Assembly (NCBI GenBank): GCA_963662465.1
Contig: OY759599.1
Coordinates: forward strand, 5,376,001-5,440,000
DNA length: 64,000 nucleotides
Direction of reading: 5' to 3'
Origin: Desulfatiglandales bacterium
Lineage (GTDB): Bacteria > Desulfobacterota > DSM-4660 > Desulfatiglandales > Desulfatiglandaceae
Shown: one piece after another, positions 48,662-58,903 of the stretch
How positions within the stretch are numbered: the stretch's first letter is position 1
Layout of the letters: each line of letters opens with the position of its first letter
Position numbers and translations under genes: made by a program
The notes under the pieces: model-generated
Seen by the model: only the letters and a program-made list of their open reading frames with translations
Database searches by the model: none
What the model was told of the DNA's origin: nothing

Positions 48662-49117
48662 ATGGTAAAAATACAAAAAATTCTGTTTCCCGTTGATTTA
48701 ACAGCTAATTCATCAAAAGTCTTTCCCTATGCGGTGTCCCTTGCTGAAAAATATGGCGGCAACATTTTACTCCTTAACGTTGTCGAGGATCTTGGGAAAT
48801 GGGGTGGCGGCATTTATATCCCCCATATTCCCCTGGAACAGTACCAGGAAGATGCCCTTAAGGGTGCTGAGAAGGCCCTTGACAAAGTTTGCGAGGAACA
48901 GTTGCAGGGCTACCGTAACTTTCAAAAAATGATCGTTTACGGCGATCCAGCCCAGGAAATACTAAAAGCCATTGACTCTGAAGAAATTGACCTGGTGGTG
49001 ATGGGAACGCACGGCAGAAAGGGATTGGAGAATGTTCTTTTCGGAAGTGTAGCTCGAAATGTGGTCAAAAGGTCTTCGGTTCCCGTATTGACGGTTAATC
49101 CTTACAAAGTTAAATGA
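48662..49117 (+). CDS. Universal stress protein
   Basis: KILFPVD, DLVVMGTHGRKG...FGSVA..VV..S.VPVL; AGGAGG RBS. Confidence 0.93.
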   Translation: MVKIQKILFPVDLTANSSKVFPYAVSLAEKYGGNILLLNVVEDLGKWGGGIYIPHIPLEQYQEDALKGAEKALDKVCEEQLQGYRNFQKMIVYGDPAQEILKAIDSEEIDLVVMGTHGRKGLENVLFGSVARNVVKRSSVPVLTVNPYKVK

Positions 49118-49297
49118 GTTCGGTAAGAGGGGCTCTTTGCGCTTGATACTTTTACGAGGGATGCCCGTGCCCGGGTTTTCGCTTATTCTCTGATTAAGTT
49201 TGAAATATCCGACTAATTTTGCTACTTTTCCAAGGTAAACCCTCATGGCAAGGGGGTTTGCCACCCCCTCGCATGAAAATGACATCTACCGCTTTTA

Positions 49298-49339
49298 AGC
49301 TAACAGCTAACAGCTAATAGCTAACAGCTAACAGCTAAC
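49298..49339 (+). repeat. Heptamer tandem repeat (AGCTAAY)x6
   Basis: agctaac x2, agctaat, agctaac x3. Confidence 0.9.
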
Positions 49340-49411
49340 TGCTGCATTTTCATGGTAAGGGATTGTGCATATGGACGATTCCATTTCCCATCAACCTATC
49401 GCCGACAAGGG

Positions 49412-52400
49412 ATGCCCATGTTCCTTTTTGACCATCGGGACCGACAACTGCTGCACATTGTCAACGAGGTGCTGGGAAAGGACCCGTCCCGCCAATATCG
49501 ACGGGAACTGATCTATCCTTATCTCCATCCACGCGGCATCAAAGAACTTTCCGAATCCAAAGGCCTCCGCATCGCCTTTGCCGTTATCCATCTGCTGGAG
49601 TCCCTTCAAGCGGGTGGCGTGGATGACCGGTTAAATGCCCTCAGATCCCTGAGGGACGAAGTCCTTCTAACCGCCGCGGGCCCCATTCCCAAGAACACCG
49701 CGAGGGTCCTTCTCCAGATCATGAAAGAACTGGTGCGGGCTCACGGCGATGAACAGCGCCAACTTGAGCTGGCCCACGATTTCAGGTCTTGCGTACCCGG
49801 AAATCCCCGCATTACTCGCGCACAGCTCGATCGTTATCATCTCCTGGAAATGCCGGAAGAGTGGAACCAGATTTCTTTCGACGACCATGTTCATGATGTC
49901 AACACAAAGGGCCGCAAATCCTCGTGCCACCTTATCATGGATGCCTGGATCAAAGGGATCAGGCGCCTGAGGGTGATTTATTACAACTGCCTGGAGGCCA
50001 GGTTTGCCGTTGAACTCCTGGAGGCGGCGGATATCATGGGCATTGAAATTCGGATCGGGATTGAGTTTTACACCAGATTCCGCAACCGGTATGTTCAGTT
50101 GATCTGGGTGCCTCGGGGATTTTCGGATGCACAGGACTTTTTGTGTTTCCTTGAGGAAGAACCGGTTGCCGCGCTCATGACTGAAGGGAAGAAGGTTTGC
50201 GACTACCAGAAGGGACATGTCCTATCCATATTGGAAGCATTCAACAATACACATGGCCCTGCCATCCGGAAGGCACTGGGTTTTGATGTGCCCCTTCTGG
50301 ATAGATCCGAATTTCTCTCCTTCGTGGGTACGGGACAGCCCTCTCTTCTTCATCTGGCGGAGTTCGCCTATGCCAAAATACTGCCCTCCATGGCGGCCCG
50401 GGTGAAAATCCTGCGGGACCGCTATCCTGAAGCCAAACACGAAGAACGTCTTAAAATTGCGCGACTGGTACAAACCATGAACCGGCTGAATTCAGATGAC
50501 ATTCTGGAACGGTTCCTGGCGCCCCAAAAAAACCCCGAAATTCCTGATCCCTATACGCCGCAACAGGGTCTGGAAGTTCCCGGAATGCTAAAATTTTCGC
50601 CGAAAGAAATTATTGTTCTGCTGGCAAAGCTCCATCTGGGCTACCGGATCACCCTGAATCTCAGCAACCTGTCCGTGGAAGACGTGCTTGAACTGCTCTA
50701 TGATTGTGAAGGCATGATCAACCGACTTGAAATTTTCAACCTCAAGGACTATGCGGCGGGAAAAACCGGTCAAATCGCCGACATCAGCAGGCTCCAGCAG
50801 GCCATCAATCTGGGCAATGTGATTCAGTTGAAAAGGCTGATTCGAAACATCATTTCAAAGCTGGCAACATCGGGCGATGATCAGCAGAAAGACCGGACTG
50901 AAAAGCTTTCCAATATCCTGCACGATATCGCCACGCTGAGAGATTTTTACAAGGGTTCCCCCCTGAAAGCCAGAATCGGGAGTGATTCCACGGGACGAAG
51001 CCCCCGGGTACACGGCATGGGCCTGGCCATTGAAAATACCCTTCCCCGCCGAGCTCAAAAGGCCATTCGACGCCCCAACACTTCCCGTGACAAAATTCCC
51101 ATTAACATTCGGGCTCTGAAACGCACAACCATTCACCCGAAACTCGGCCCCACGCCCTTTGCCAAAACCCTTTACCAATGGATTCGTCGTATTCCCGTCA
51201 TGGAATTCATGGGAAACCGAAAAACCCATGACTGGGTTATTGAGCAGGAATCCATCCGAGCGGTGCCGCATGGCAACGTGATCACCCTTGGGGGGGTTCA
51301 AAAACATGCCGACAATGGTTTTTCACTTGACGCCCCCACCGTTCGCCAAAAGCCCCGCCGTTTTTCCTGGCATTATCTCAATACGGGGCTTAAAAATATA
51401 TTAAAGGTCTTTATCGGCTTTGTGCCGGCTTTCGCCACCTTCGCTCTAACCAAAGACTGGTGGTTTCTGGCCTATTTCGGCGCTTTTATCTGGTTCGGCA
51501 TTACGGGCTTGCGTAACATCCTCCAGTCGGTACTGGGAGGCGGGGGCATCCGGCGTTCACCCCTGCTCCGATGGAATGACTATGTGAAATGGGAGCGCTT
51601 AGCGGATTCTCTTCTCTTTACGGGTTTTTCCGTGCCACTTCTGGATTATATCGCCAAAACCCTGGTTTTAAAAGAGGGGTTCGGGATCACCACCGCATCC
51701 AACCCCGTAGCCCTCTACGGCTTCATGGCGCTGACCAATGGTTTGTACCTGTGCAGCCATAATATTTTCAGAGGGTTGCCTAAAGGAGCGGTCTACGGCA
51801 ACTTGTTTCGAAGCATTTTGAGCATCCCCGTGGCCCTTTTTTTCAATTGGACAACCGGCGGCATTCTGGTTTCCCTTCAGGTTCCGGGTGTTGAAAACAT
51901 CCTTCAGAAATGGGCTGCGGTCATCTCAAAAACTGCATCCGACCTCGTGGCCGGCATTATTGAGGGGCTGGCGGATCGATACCAGAACATCCGGACACGT
52001 ATTCGGGACTACCGCACCAAACTCGATCAGATATTTGAAACCTATGCCAGGCTGGAACTCCTGTTTCCCGAAATAAAAACCATGGAAATATTGAAATCTC
52101 CCGACAAACTAAGCGCTGCAAAAAGCGGTGAAGCACGGGATCTCGAAAAAGTTATCATCATCTCCGCACTGGATCTCCTCTATTTCTGGATGTATCAGCC
52201 TCGCGCCGAGAGCGCTCTGCGACTGCTCATGAGATCGCTCTCCCATGAGGAACGCCTGATCCTGGGTGGAAGCCAACAGATTCTGACCCAGCAAAAGAAA
52301 ATCAGCTTACTGATCGTCGGAGGTCTGGTAGGAAAAGACTTCTCTAAAGCGCTCTCCTTTTACCTGGATCGGTTTCCCGGATATCTGGATGTTCTTGAAA

Positions 52401-52426
52401 GAATGGCGAAAAAAATGGGGAAGTAA
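49412..52426 (+). CDS. Large PHP-like domain protein with C-terminal membrane segments (start uncertain, 49352-49418)
   Basis: DDHVHD..T.G, IRIGIE and GSDSTG PHP-type motifs; several hydrophobic helices in the last third. Confidence 0.65.
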   Translation: MPMFLFDHRDRQLLHIVNEVLGKDPSRQYRRELIYPYLHPRGIKELSESKGLRIAFAVIHLLESLQAGGVDDRLNALRSLRDEVLLTAAGPIPKNTARVLLQIMKELVRAHGDEQRQLELAHDFRSCVPGNPRITRAQLDRYHLLEMPEEWNQISFDDHVHDVNTKGRKSSCHLIMDAWIKGIRRLRVIYYNCLEARFAVELLEAADIMGIEIRIGIEFYTRFRNRYVQLIWVPRGFSDAQDFLCFLEEEPVAALMTEGKKVCDYQKGHVLSILEAFNNTHGPAIRKALGFDVPLLDRSEFLSFVGTGQPSLLHLAEFAYAKILPSMAARVKILRDRYPEAKHEERLKIARLVQTMNRLNSDDILERFLAPQKNPEIPDPYTPQQGLEVPGMLKFSPKEIIVLLAKLHLGYRITLNLSNLSVEDVLELLYDCEGMINRLEIFNLKDYAAGKTGQIADISRLQQAINLGNVIQLKRLIRNIISKLATSGDDQQKDRTEKLSNILHDIATLRDFYKGSPLKARIGSDSTGRSPRVHGMGLAIENTLPRRAQKAIRRPNTSRDKIPINIRALKRTTIHPKLGPTPFAKTLYQWIRRIPVMEFMGNRKTHDWVIEQESIRAVPHGNVITLGGVQKHADNGFSLDAPTVRQKPRRFSWHYLNTGLKNILKVFIGFVPAFATFALTKDWWFLAYFGAFIWFGITGLRNILQSVLGGGGIRRSPLLRWNDYVKWERLADSLLFTGFSVPLLDYIAKTLVLKEGFGITTASNPVALYGFMALTNGLYLCSHNIFRGLPKGAVYGNLFRSILSIPVALFFNWTTGGILVSLQVPGVENILQKWAAVISKTASDLVAGIIEGLADRYQNIRTRIRDYRTKLDQIFETYARLELLFPEIKTMEILKSPDKLSAAKSGEARDLEKVIIISALDLLYFWMYQPRAESALRLLMRSLSHEERLILGGSQQILTQQKKISLLIVGGLVGKDFSKALSFYLDRFPGYLDVLERMAKKMGK

Positions 52427-52531
52427 AAAAGTCCGAAGCAAGCAGGACTCTCAAAAAGCGTTCCATTTAAAATACTGAAATTAAAAGCAGGTGGAAAGAA
52501 TATTTCAGAAATCCGCAGCTTGATAGATGGA

Positions 52532-52623
52532 TGGCGGAGGGTCAGAGATTCGAACTCTGGAACCAACTTTCGCCAGTTACTCCCTTAGCAGGGGAGCGCC
52601 TTCGGCCACTCGGCCAACCCTCC
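52532..52623 (-). tRNA. tRNA-Ser(GCT)
   Basis: GGAGGGTTGGCCGAGTGG...CTCCCCT-GCT-AAGGGAG, long variable arm, GTTCGAATC, ending CCGCCA. Confidence 0.93.
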
Positions 52624-52741
52624 ATAATAATCCATCCCCTTAAAACACCACAATCAATGCATTTTTCCGGCAAGCGGAGAAAGAATTTTTTATTTATTCG
52701 CCCTTATACCCTAAAAAAAAACGTTTTGCAAGCACATGTTG

Positions 52742-52827
52742 TGGCGGAGGGAGTAGGATTCGAACCCACGGAACTTTCGTTCAACGGTTTTCAAGACCGC
52801 CGCCTTCAACCACTCGGCCATCCCTCC
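52742..52827 (-). tRNA. tRNA-Ser(TGA)
   Basis: GGAGGGATGGCCGAGTGG...GGTCT-TGA-AAACC...GGTTCGAATCC...CCGCCA. Confidence 0.95.
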
Positions 52828-52842
52828 GGTTTAAAAAATTAA

Positions 52843-53841
52843 TCAGGAAGCGTTTTTCAAAAAAATCTCCACTTTAGCTTCCTTACGCGATTTCTCAACG
52901 AACTGTTTCACTTCTTTCTGGACCTCTTCCTGCTTCAAATATTGCTCAATCCGAGGCTTGACAGTCTCAAATGGAATCGTGGTTTCAGGCTTTTTGTCCA
53001 CAACCTTGATCAGGTGATATCCAAATTTGGTTGTTACCACGTCGCTCACTTTTCCAGGTTCCAGCGTAAAAGCCGTATCCTCAAAAGGTTTGACCATCTG
53101 ACCCCGTCCAAAATAACCCAAGTCTCCGCCTTTGGGAGCGCTGGGACCTTCCGAAGCCGCTTTGGCGACTTCCGCGAAATCATCACCCTTCTTAAGCTTT
53201 TCCTGAGCCTGGGCGATTTTTTTCATAGCCTCGGCTTTTTCTGACTCTGATGCATCCGGCTTAATCTTGATCAAAATATGGCTGGCTTTAACCTGCTCCG
53301 GCTGTTTGAAAAACTGGGGATGGCCATCGTAATAAGCCTTAATTTTGTCCTCCGGCACAGTCGCTTTGTCTACAAAATTTTTGACCACGAATGCCTCAGT
53401 AACCATGCCTTTTTTAAGCTCGGTTTTCATTTGACTCTCTGTCACATGCCACTCCGCCATGGCCTTTTTAAAAGCGTCCTCAGTGGGGAATCGTTTTCTA
53501 AATTCAGCAAATTTTTCATCCACCTGCTTTTCATCTACTTTATTGCCTGCTTTTAGACTGGCCTGATACAGGAGCTGAATGCCGATCAGCTTTTCCAGCG
53601 CATCCTTTTCCAGGGACGCCAGTTGCGCATTATCCAAGGGCTGCCCTTTCTGCATGGCCTGCCGTTTGCCAAAATCCACAGCCCGGTCCAAATCTCCTTG
53701 CGTAATCACGTCGCCATTCACCACCGCAACCTTATCATCCGTACTGACCTCTTTTTCCTCTGCGGAAATCGGCCAACTCACGAGCATGAAAAAAAGCACC
53801 ACAGCTGCCATCCACAGTCGAATCCCAAAGTTGTGTCGCAT
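52843..53841 (-). CDS. PpiC-type (parvulin) peptidyl-prolyl isomerase, SurA/PrsA-like
   Basis: Signal peptide, VAVVNG, ASHILIK, GGDLGYF..GQMVKPFE, TKFGYHLIKV. Confidence 0.92.
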   Translation of the reverse strand: MRHNFGIRLWMAAVVLFFMLVSWPISAEEKEVSTDDKVAVVNGDVITQGDLDRAVDFGKRQAMQKGQPLDNAQLASLEKDALEKLIGIQLLYQASLKAGNKVDEKQVDEKFAEFRKRFPTEDAFKKAMAEWHVTESQMKTELKKGMVTEAFVVKNFVDKATVPEDKIKAYYDGHPQFFKQPEQVKASHILIKIKPDASESEKAEAMKKIAQAQEKLKKGDDFAEVAKAASEGPSAPKGGDLGYFGRGQMVKPFEDTAFTLEPGKVSDVVTTKFGYHLIKVVDKKPETTIPFETVKPRIEQYLKQEEVQKEVKQFVEKSRKEAKVEIFLKNAS

Positions 53842-54213
53842 CAGTATTTCTCCTTAATTCCTAAGGTATTCAAAGAATCCCTTCTTCATATGAGGGGTAC
53901 AGGTCCCCGCGAATATTAAGCAAGTCTTGTAGCACTTTTTTTCCTATATAAGCAAGCATAATTTTTCAATGATTCGCCGGGATCTGCAAGAGTGCTGACG
54001 TATGAAAATTTGAATTAACGCAGGGTGGGAGTTAGCAAAAACTTTTTTTTCAGGGGCAGGGAAGAAGATCATTTTTTACTTGGCAAAGGATCAGGGAAAT
54101 GTTATTAAAAGGTTTCAGTGTGGCTACTGCTGGAAAAATGAGAGGATTTTTTCGTGTTTTCAGAGAGTTATAAGCGGAAAACGCTGTTCCAATTTTTTCC
54201 CAGCTATCAATCA

Positions 54214-54289
54214 GGTCCCATCGTCTAGCGGTTCAGGATACCGGCCTCTCACGCCGGCGACACGGGTTCGATTCCCGTTGGGACTACCA
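54214..54289 (+). tRNA. tRNA-Glu(CTC)
   Basis: GGTCCCATCGTCTAGCGG...CCGGC CT-CTC-AC GCCGG...GGTTCGATTCC...ACCA, 76 nt. Confidence 0.95.
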
Positions 54290-54302
54290 ATAAGGATTTC
54301 AT

Positions 54303-54333
54303 GGGGTTACATTAATTTTGTAACCCCTTTTTT
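54303..54333 (+). terminator. Rho-independent terminator after tRNA-Glu
   Basis: ggggttaca-N7-tgtaacccc followed by T6. Confidence 0.75.
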
Positions 54334-54439
54334 GTTGCTGTTTTTTCTTTTTCCAACCCTATTTCCAACCTCCAGGCTATATATCAGGGTAAATTACGGT
54401 ACGCATAAGTCGATTGCGAAATATCCTTTGAAAGATTTT

Positions 54440-55378
54440 TTAATAAACTGTTTTGGTGTCAAATGCTTTCCTCCTTTCTCGGGACTTCAGCGCCCTGATT
54501 TTTCTTTGTTTTTGCGGTCCCTCATCCAAAGTATTCGCGATCCTGGCTCTCGTTTTCGACCATTCTCTTAAGGAATTTATTTCCTCCCGCATGGATCGAG
54601 ATAAGGGCACAAGATTGTTGAAAGCCTCGTCAAAGCCGTCAAACAAGCTGTCATTGGCCAACTGTTCAATTTCGGCCCCAGTGTAACCGTTGAGCTTGTC
54701 AAGGAATTTCAGGGGAATGTCCGTCTTGTACTTCCGGTTCATGATTTTGATGATCTCTGTTCTTTCAGACCTTTCAGGAAGGTCAACGGAGAATGTTGCG
54801 TCAAATCGCCCCGCTCTCATAAACTCAGGCGGTAATTGAGAGATATTGTTTGCTGCGGCCATAACAAGCGCTGATGTTTTTGTTTCAGACATCCATGTTA
54901 GAAAATGTCCGAACATCGCTGCCGTTGTACCGGCATCTGTATCTCCACCTCAGGAGAGAATGCTCTGGCTCGGTTTTCTATGAATGATTTCAAGATACCG
55001 AGCCCTCCTACGTCTTCTATTGCCGCCGGTTCCCTGACGCATTTGTATTACAGGGGATACCATCACCAGGGTGCAAGCGGTTGATTTAAAGATATGCCCG
55101 TTTTGTATTGCCTGAACCACCTCGGGAATATCCAGGAACATGTGCAGATTATGGGCTAAAAGAACTGTATCCTGGAAACCGTTTAGCCACTTGACTGCTT
55201 CGACAGGATCACGTATTTCATCAATGATTTTGTTGTTTTCGAGGTCCCTTATTCCCTGGATGCAGTCCCAGGCAAAAGATCGCTATCCCTTATACGGAAG
55301 CATCTGTTCCGCCCTTTACGGTTCCTGGGTGAGCAGGCACAATGCCGGGTATCCGGTCTTCAAGTATTCTTTAATCAT
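54440..55378 (-). pseudogene. Ycf46-like AAA ATPase pseudogene
   Basis: MIKEYLKTGYP... with in-frame stops; fragments EDVGGL.ILK.FI..RARAF and FLTWM...ANNISQLPPEFMRAGRFD; Walker A/B region missing. Confidence 0.78.
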
Positions 55379-55496
55379 ACATTTATCCTTTCTTTGGTTA
55401 GAGGTTATCGTTGTCAGACGCTCTTATGATTGGTCGTCTGAAGTGAAAACACATGAAGCAGACTTGGTTATATCTTTCACAAAGTGGGCAACATGA

Positions 55497-55724
55497 TTAA
55501 GCAGATAAACAATCCGGAAGAAAACTGAATGTCCCATGGCCCATCGAGCAGTACCATCTAGCGATTTTTGTTCCTTCCGGATATTTTCTGCGGTAGGTGC
55601 CGTTTTTATGGAAACCACATCCCCCTTCCGGGTGAATAGGGCAGACCTCAAGTTTTGCGTCTTTCCAGGCTTCTCTTTGGACGTATTCCTTAGCAGATAA
55701 ATCCGTTGCAAACCTCAGTTGCAT
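55497..55724 (-). pseudogene. Truncated Cys-rich transposon-associated gene
   Basis: MQLRF...CPIHPEGGCGF...GTY.R...ARWYC..GH.TFSFLPDCL resembles the first gene of DDE-integrase/ExeA-type elements; stops abruptly. Confidence 0.5.
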
Positions 55725-55769
55725 GACAAAACCCTTGCCCCAAATAGAAATTAATGAGAACATTCTTCC

Positions 55770-56177
55770 ATGGTCAAAATCGGTCGAAATGCACCATGTC
55801 CTTGCGGCAGTGGTAAAAAGTATAAGAAATGTTGCTTGACGGCACAAGAAAAGAAAAGGCCTGCCCCTGTAAAAAAGCAACGGTTCGTACCGGTCTTCAC
55901 CGAACTCGATCAACTGTCAAATAGCGTCGTAGGTCTCATAAAGCAGAAAAACCTGGATGAAGCAGAAGCCGTGTCGTGGAGGCTCCTCTCTGAATATCCT
56001 GATCAGATCGATGGGCTTAACCGTTTGGCTATGGTCTATGAGGCACGTGGAGAAAAAAGAAAGGCGGCAGAGTACTATCGAAAAGCCTACCGTTTCGCAC
56101 TTTCAAATGAAGGTTTTGATCAAGACGCTGCAGATTGGTTTTTATCCGAAGCTAAAGGGATGGAATCTGGAAAATAA
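55770..56177 (+). CDS. SEC-C motif / TPR protein
   Basis: [20 protein letters not shown] followed by TPR-like helices. Confidence 0.85.
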   Translation: MVKIGRNAPCPCGSGKKYKKCCLTAQEKKRPAPVKKQRFVPVFTELDQLSNSVVGLIKQKNLDEAEAVSWRLLSEYPDQIDGLNRLAMVYEARGEKRKAAEYYRKAYRFALSNEGFDQDAADWFLSEAKGMESGK

Positions 56178-56615
56178 TATGGAATAAAAGGAATTAGAAG
56201 GATTCCTTCCAAAAGGAATCTCGGAAATTATCTGTCGGGAACCGGATACACACAACATAACCAAACTCACAACATAAATATAGGAAAACATGACTTTTGA
56301 ATTAGCAATCTGAAAAGGCCTCGACCACCAGATGTAGTGGTGCTAGATAATGAGCAAAATGGAAAATTCAATCTTTATCGGAAGAACCCTAAGCAATATG
56401 CCCATGTTGGACAAATCCAGAATTTTTACTATTGACGAACCGAACACGGTGGATCGACAAAACTGGTGGGGTGGTGGTGACCCTGTGCCAGCAGTCACCT
56501 GACGATTTTATTTTATGGATTATCGCTTTCCAATCCCTTTATCGGCAAATGCAAGTTCTTATTATATCAGCATTTTCTTTTCGAATTTGCTGTTGGAGAA
56601 TCCCTCAGTTCCAGA

Positions 56616-57848
56616 TTAGGAATCTTTACGTCTTCGGTGCACCCAGAAAAATCCCAAAGAACCAACGAGAATTCCTGCACCAGGTAATAGACCAATATCA
56701 AGAGACTTATTTCCCTTGACTTCAAGAGCTGCCAGTCTCTTTTCAAGTTTGGCAATCCGAGCATCCCTATTTTTGATGATTCCATTCCACAATTCATTCT
56801 GAGGCAGTCCCACCATTACAATTGCTTCTTTTGCTCCTCTTGTCTTTTTCGATGTTAAGGTACGGCCTATAACAGAGGCATACTGTGATGGTTTGATAGC
56901 CGTTGGCGAAACAGCGATAGCAATTCCGTCTCCAAAGCCTGAAGGAATAATAAAGTCACCAGCCGAAAACGCCCCTTTCATGTTTATTGGCACTTGCCCC
57001 AAAAATGCTACCGGTGCGTATGCTGACTTTTCATTTTCCAACGGTCGGTTCCCTAAAACCGCCGGGGCAGTTGTCACTACCATCAGTCTTTGAGCATTTT
57101 TGGTTTTCTTACTGACACCTTCAGGAAACAAACCGACTATATCTCCGGAATTTAATATTTCATTAGGATTTGCTTTCATCAAATATTCTGCAAAATCACC
57201 ACCTGAGGTATTTAACTGGATGCTGCCACCGGTCCCTTCTATAGAGCCGAGGTTTTGTGTGCTATCAGCAAATGTAATGAAGTTACATGTATTACCAGGA
57301 TTGCTTTTGTTTACTTTTAACATCAGCACATCTGGACTGGCCCCCGTCGATGTATTTTCAAACGCAGCAACATGATTTCCTAGACTTGCATCGCCAGATA
57401 GACTGTTTTTGACGTGCAAAATTGTGGACGGCGTGATGGTATTAATACCTACTTTACCAGCTTCGTCTATTACCATTTTAGAATTCCCTTGACTCTGAAA
57501 ATCAAAACCACCCGGCCTTGAATCTATTACCGAATATGCCAAACCGTTCTTGAATTCAAGACTGGCGGTTCCACTCATCATGTAAATGCTGCCCTGTACC
57601 CAAAGTTTCCTCCCATATGTGTTCGTAGCTCCAATTGCAACGTTGCCAGCAGTATAATAAATATTTTCTCCTTCGGCTGACCACAGTCCTGTCACGCTGC
57701 TTGCGGAGGTAGTCTGTACTGTACCATCAGAAAATCTAATACCTTCATCTAGTACAGCAGTACCTGCATTTGCATGATTCTTAACAGAACAAAGAAGGAT
57801 GAACATTAAAATAAAAAGGACAGAAGAAGATCCGATTCTAGTTTTCAT
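56616..57848 (-). CDS. Exported fibre-like protein with intramolecular-chaperone (peptidase G2/S74-like) region and C-terminal TM
   Basis: Signal peptide; GIRFSDGTVQTT, GNVAIG, GKVGINT..P...LHV; GGDFAEY...GDIV...PAVLG...VAFLGQVP; coiled coil; hydrophobic tail plus RRRK. Confidence 0.65.
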   Translation of the reverse strand: MKTRIGSSSVLFILMFILLCSVKNHANAGTAVLDEGIRFSDGTVQTTSASSVTGLWSAEGENIYYTAGNVAIGATNTYGRKLWVQGSIYMMSGTASLEFKNGLAYSVIDSRPGGFDFQSQGNSKMVIDEAGKVGINTITPSTILHVKNSLSGDASLGNHVAAFENTSTGASPDVLMLKVNKSNPGNTCNFITFADSTQNLGSIEGTGGSIQLNTSGGDFAEYLMKANPNEILNSGDIVGLFPEGVSKKTKNAQRLMVVTTAPAVLGNRPLENEKSAYAPVAFLGQVPINMKGAFSAGDFIIPSGFGDGIAIAVSPTAIKPSQYASVIGRTLTSKKTRGAKEAIVMVGLPQNELWNGIIKNRDARIAKLEKRLAALEVKGNKSLDIGLLPGAGILVGSLGFFWVHRRRKDS

Positions 57849-58903
57849 TGCCGCAATCCTTTCTTAGGAATCTATAATAATTTTCTTTAAATTGTGTCAA
57901 ACTTAATGGATATTCAAATTTTTTGCCGTGATTGAAACCTTGGTATGACTTACATTCTTGAAAGTGTGTTTTCCTTGGATTTAAAAATACTCCAGCCTCA
58001 TCTTAACTCATTTTTTATACCAAAACCCAAAATATCGTAAAGTTCAAAAAACCTGTGATATCATCAAATCAGAGGACTTGAGCGAACGTTAGATTGATCC
58101 CGTATCTCAAGTCTTGCGTTGGTTGCAATTGAGAATATATGAAATCCTCGAACATGTCAAAAGCAAGATGTATGGTTTTCAATATTGGGAAATATGACTG
58201 CGGATACCGAACCTGATTGATGTCCTGCCTGGCACAATATGTGGGGGTTGATCAGTTTTCGGTTCATCCCAACTCAGGTCAATGATTTGTGCATTAACCC
58301 TCTTAGCACATCCGTCAAAACCGTGCAAGACTGGCAGATCAATTGTTGAAGTCGAGTCTGAGATACTTGGAGGTATTGCAGATTTCCGGTTTACCGAAAA
58401 GCTGTTAGATACATAATATATCTCAACTCACTGAATTCCGGACTGAATGACGATATTACACATTTCCCTCAGTGGGAGTAGCAGATAGACCCACCAGCGC
58501 TATAGACACCGGCGACGTTTTTTTTGCTTTTCAATCGCGGCAGCAGCGGTGATTCAGAAATGTGTTTTCCACCTTTGGAACGGAAGAATAGAATCAGCAT
58601 CTTTCAGTCATACTTTCAAAGAAACCGGGTGATCCTATGGATTATTTCTAATCCAAAACCTCTCGAAGCGATGAAGTCAAATTCCGAAAATCGATGGGCT
58701 TCTCAATGTATTTGCGTACACCGAGGGCCTCCACTTTCTCTGCCGACATCCTCTAGAAACCTCAAACCAGGACTTGAGCAAAAAGTGTAAACCAGAGAAT
58801 GAAGGATGCTTTTATTGACACTAAAATCATTTACACTATACCGTGTAAAATAAAGCTATTACGGCCTCATCCATTTCACCAGACGCAAAAAAGGAGGACA
58901 ACC

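Noticed and set aside
52360..54571. ORFs 52360-52566, 52531-52842 and 54080-54571
   Set aside because: They overlap clear tRNA genes.
57850..58900. Long intergenic region as ncRNA or small gene (e.g. ORF 58524-58790)
   Set aside because: No recognisable fold, RBS or protein motif.
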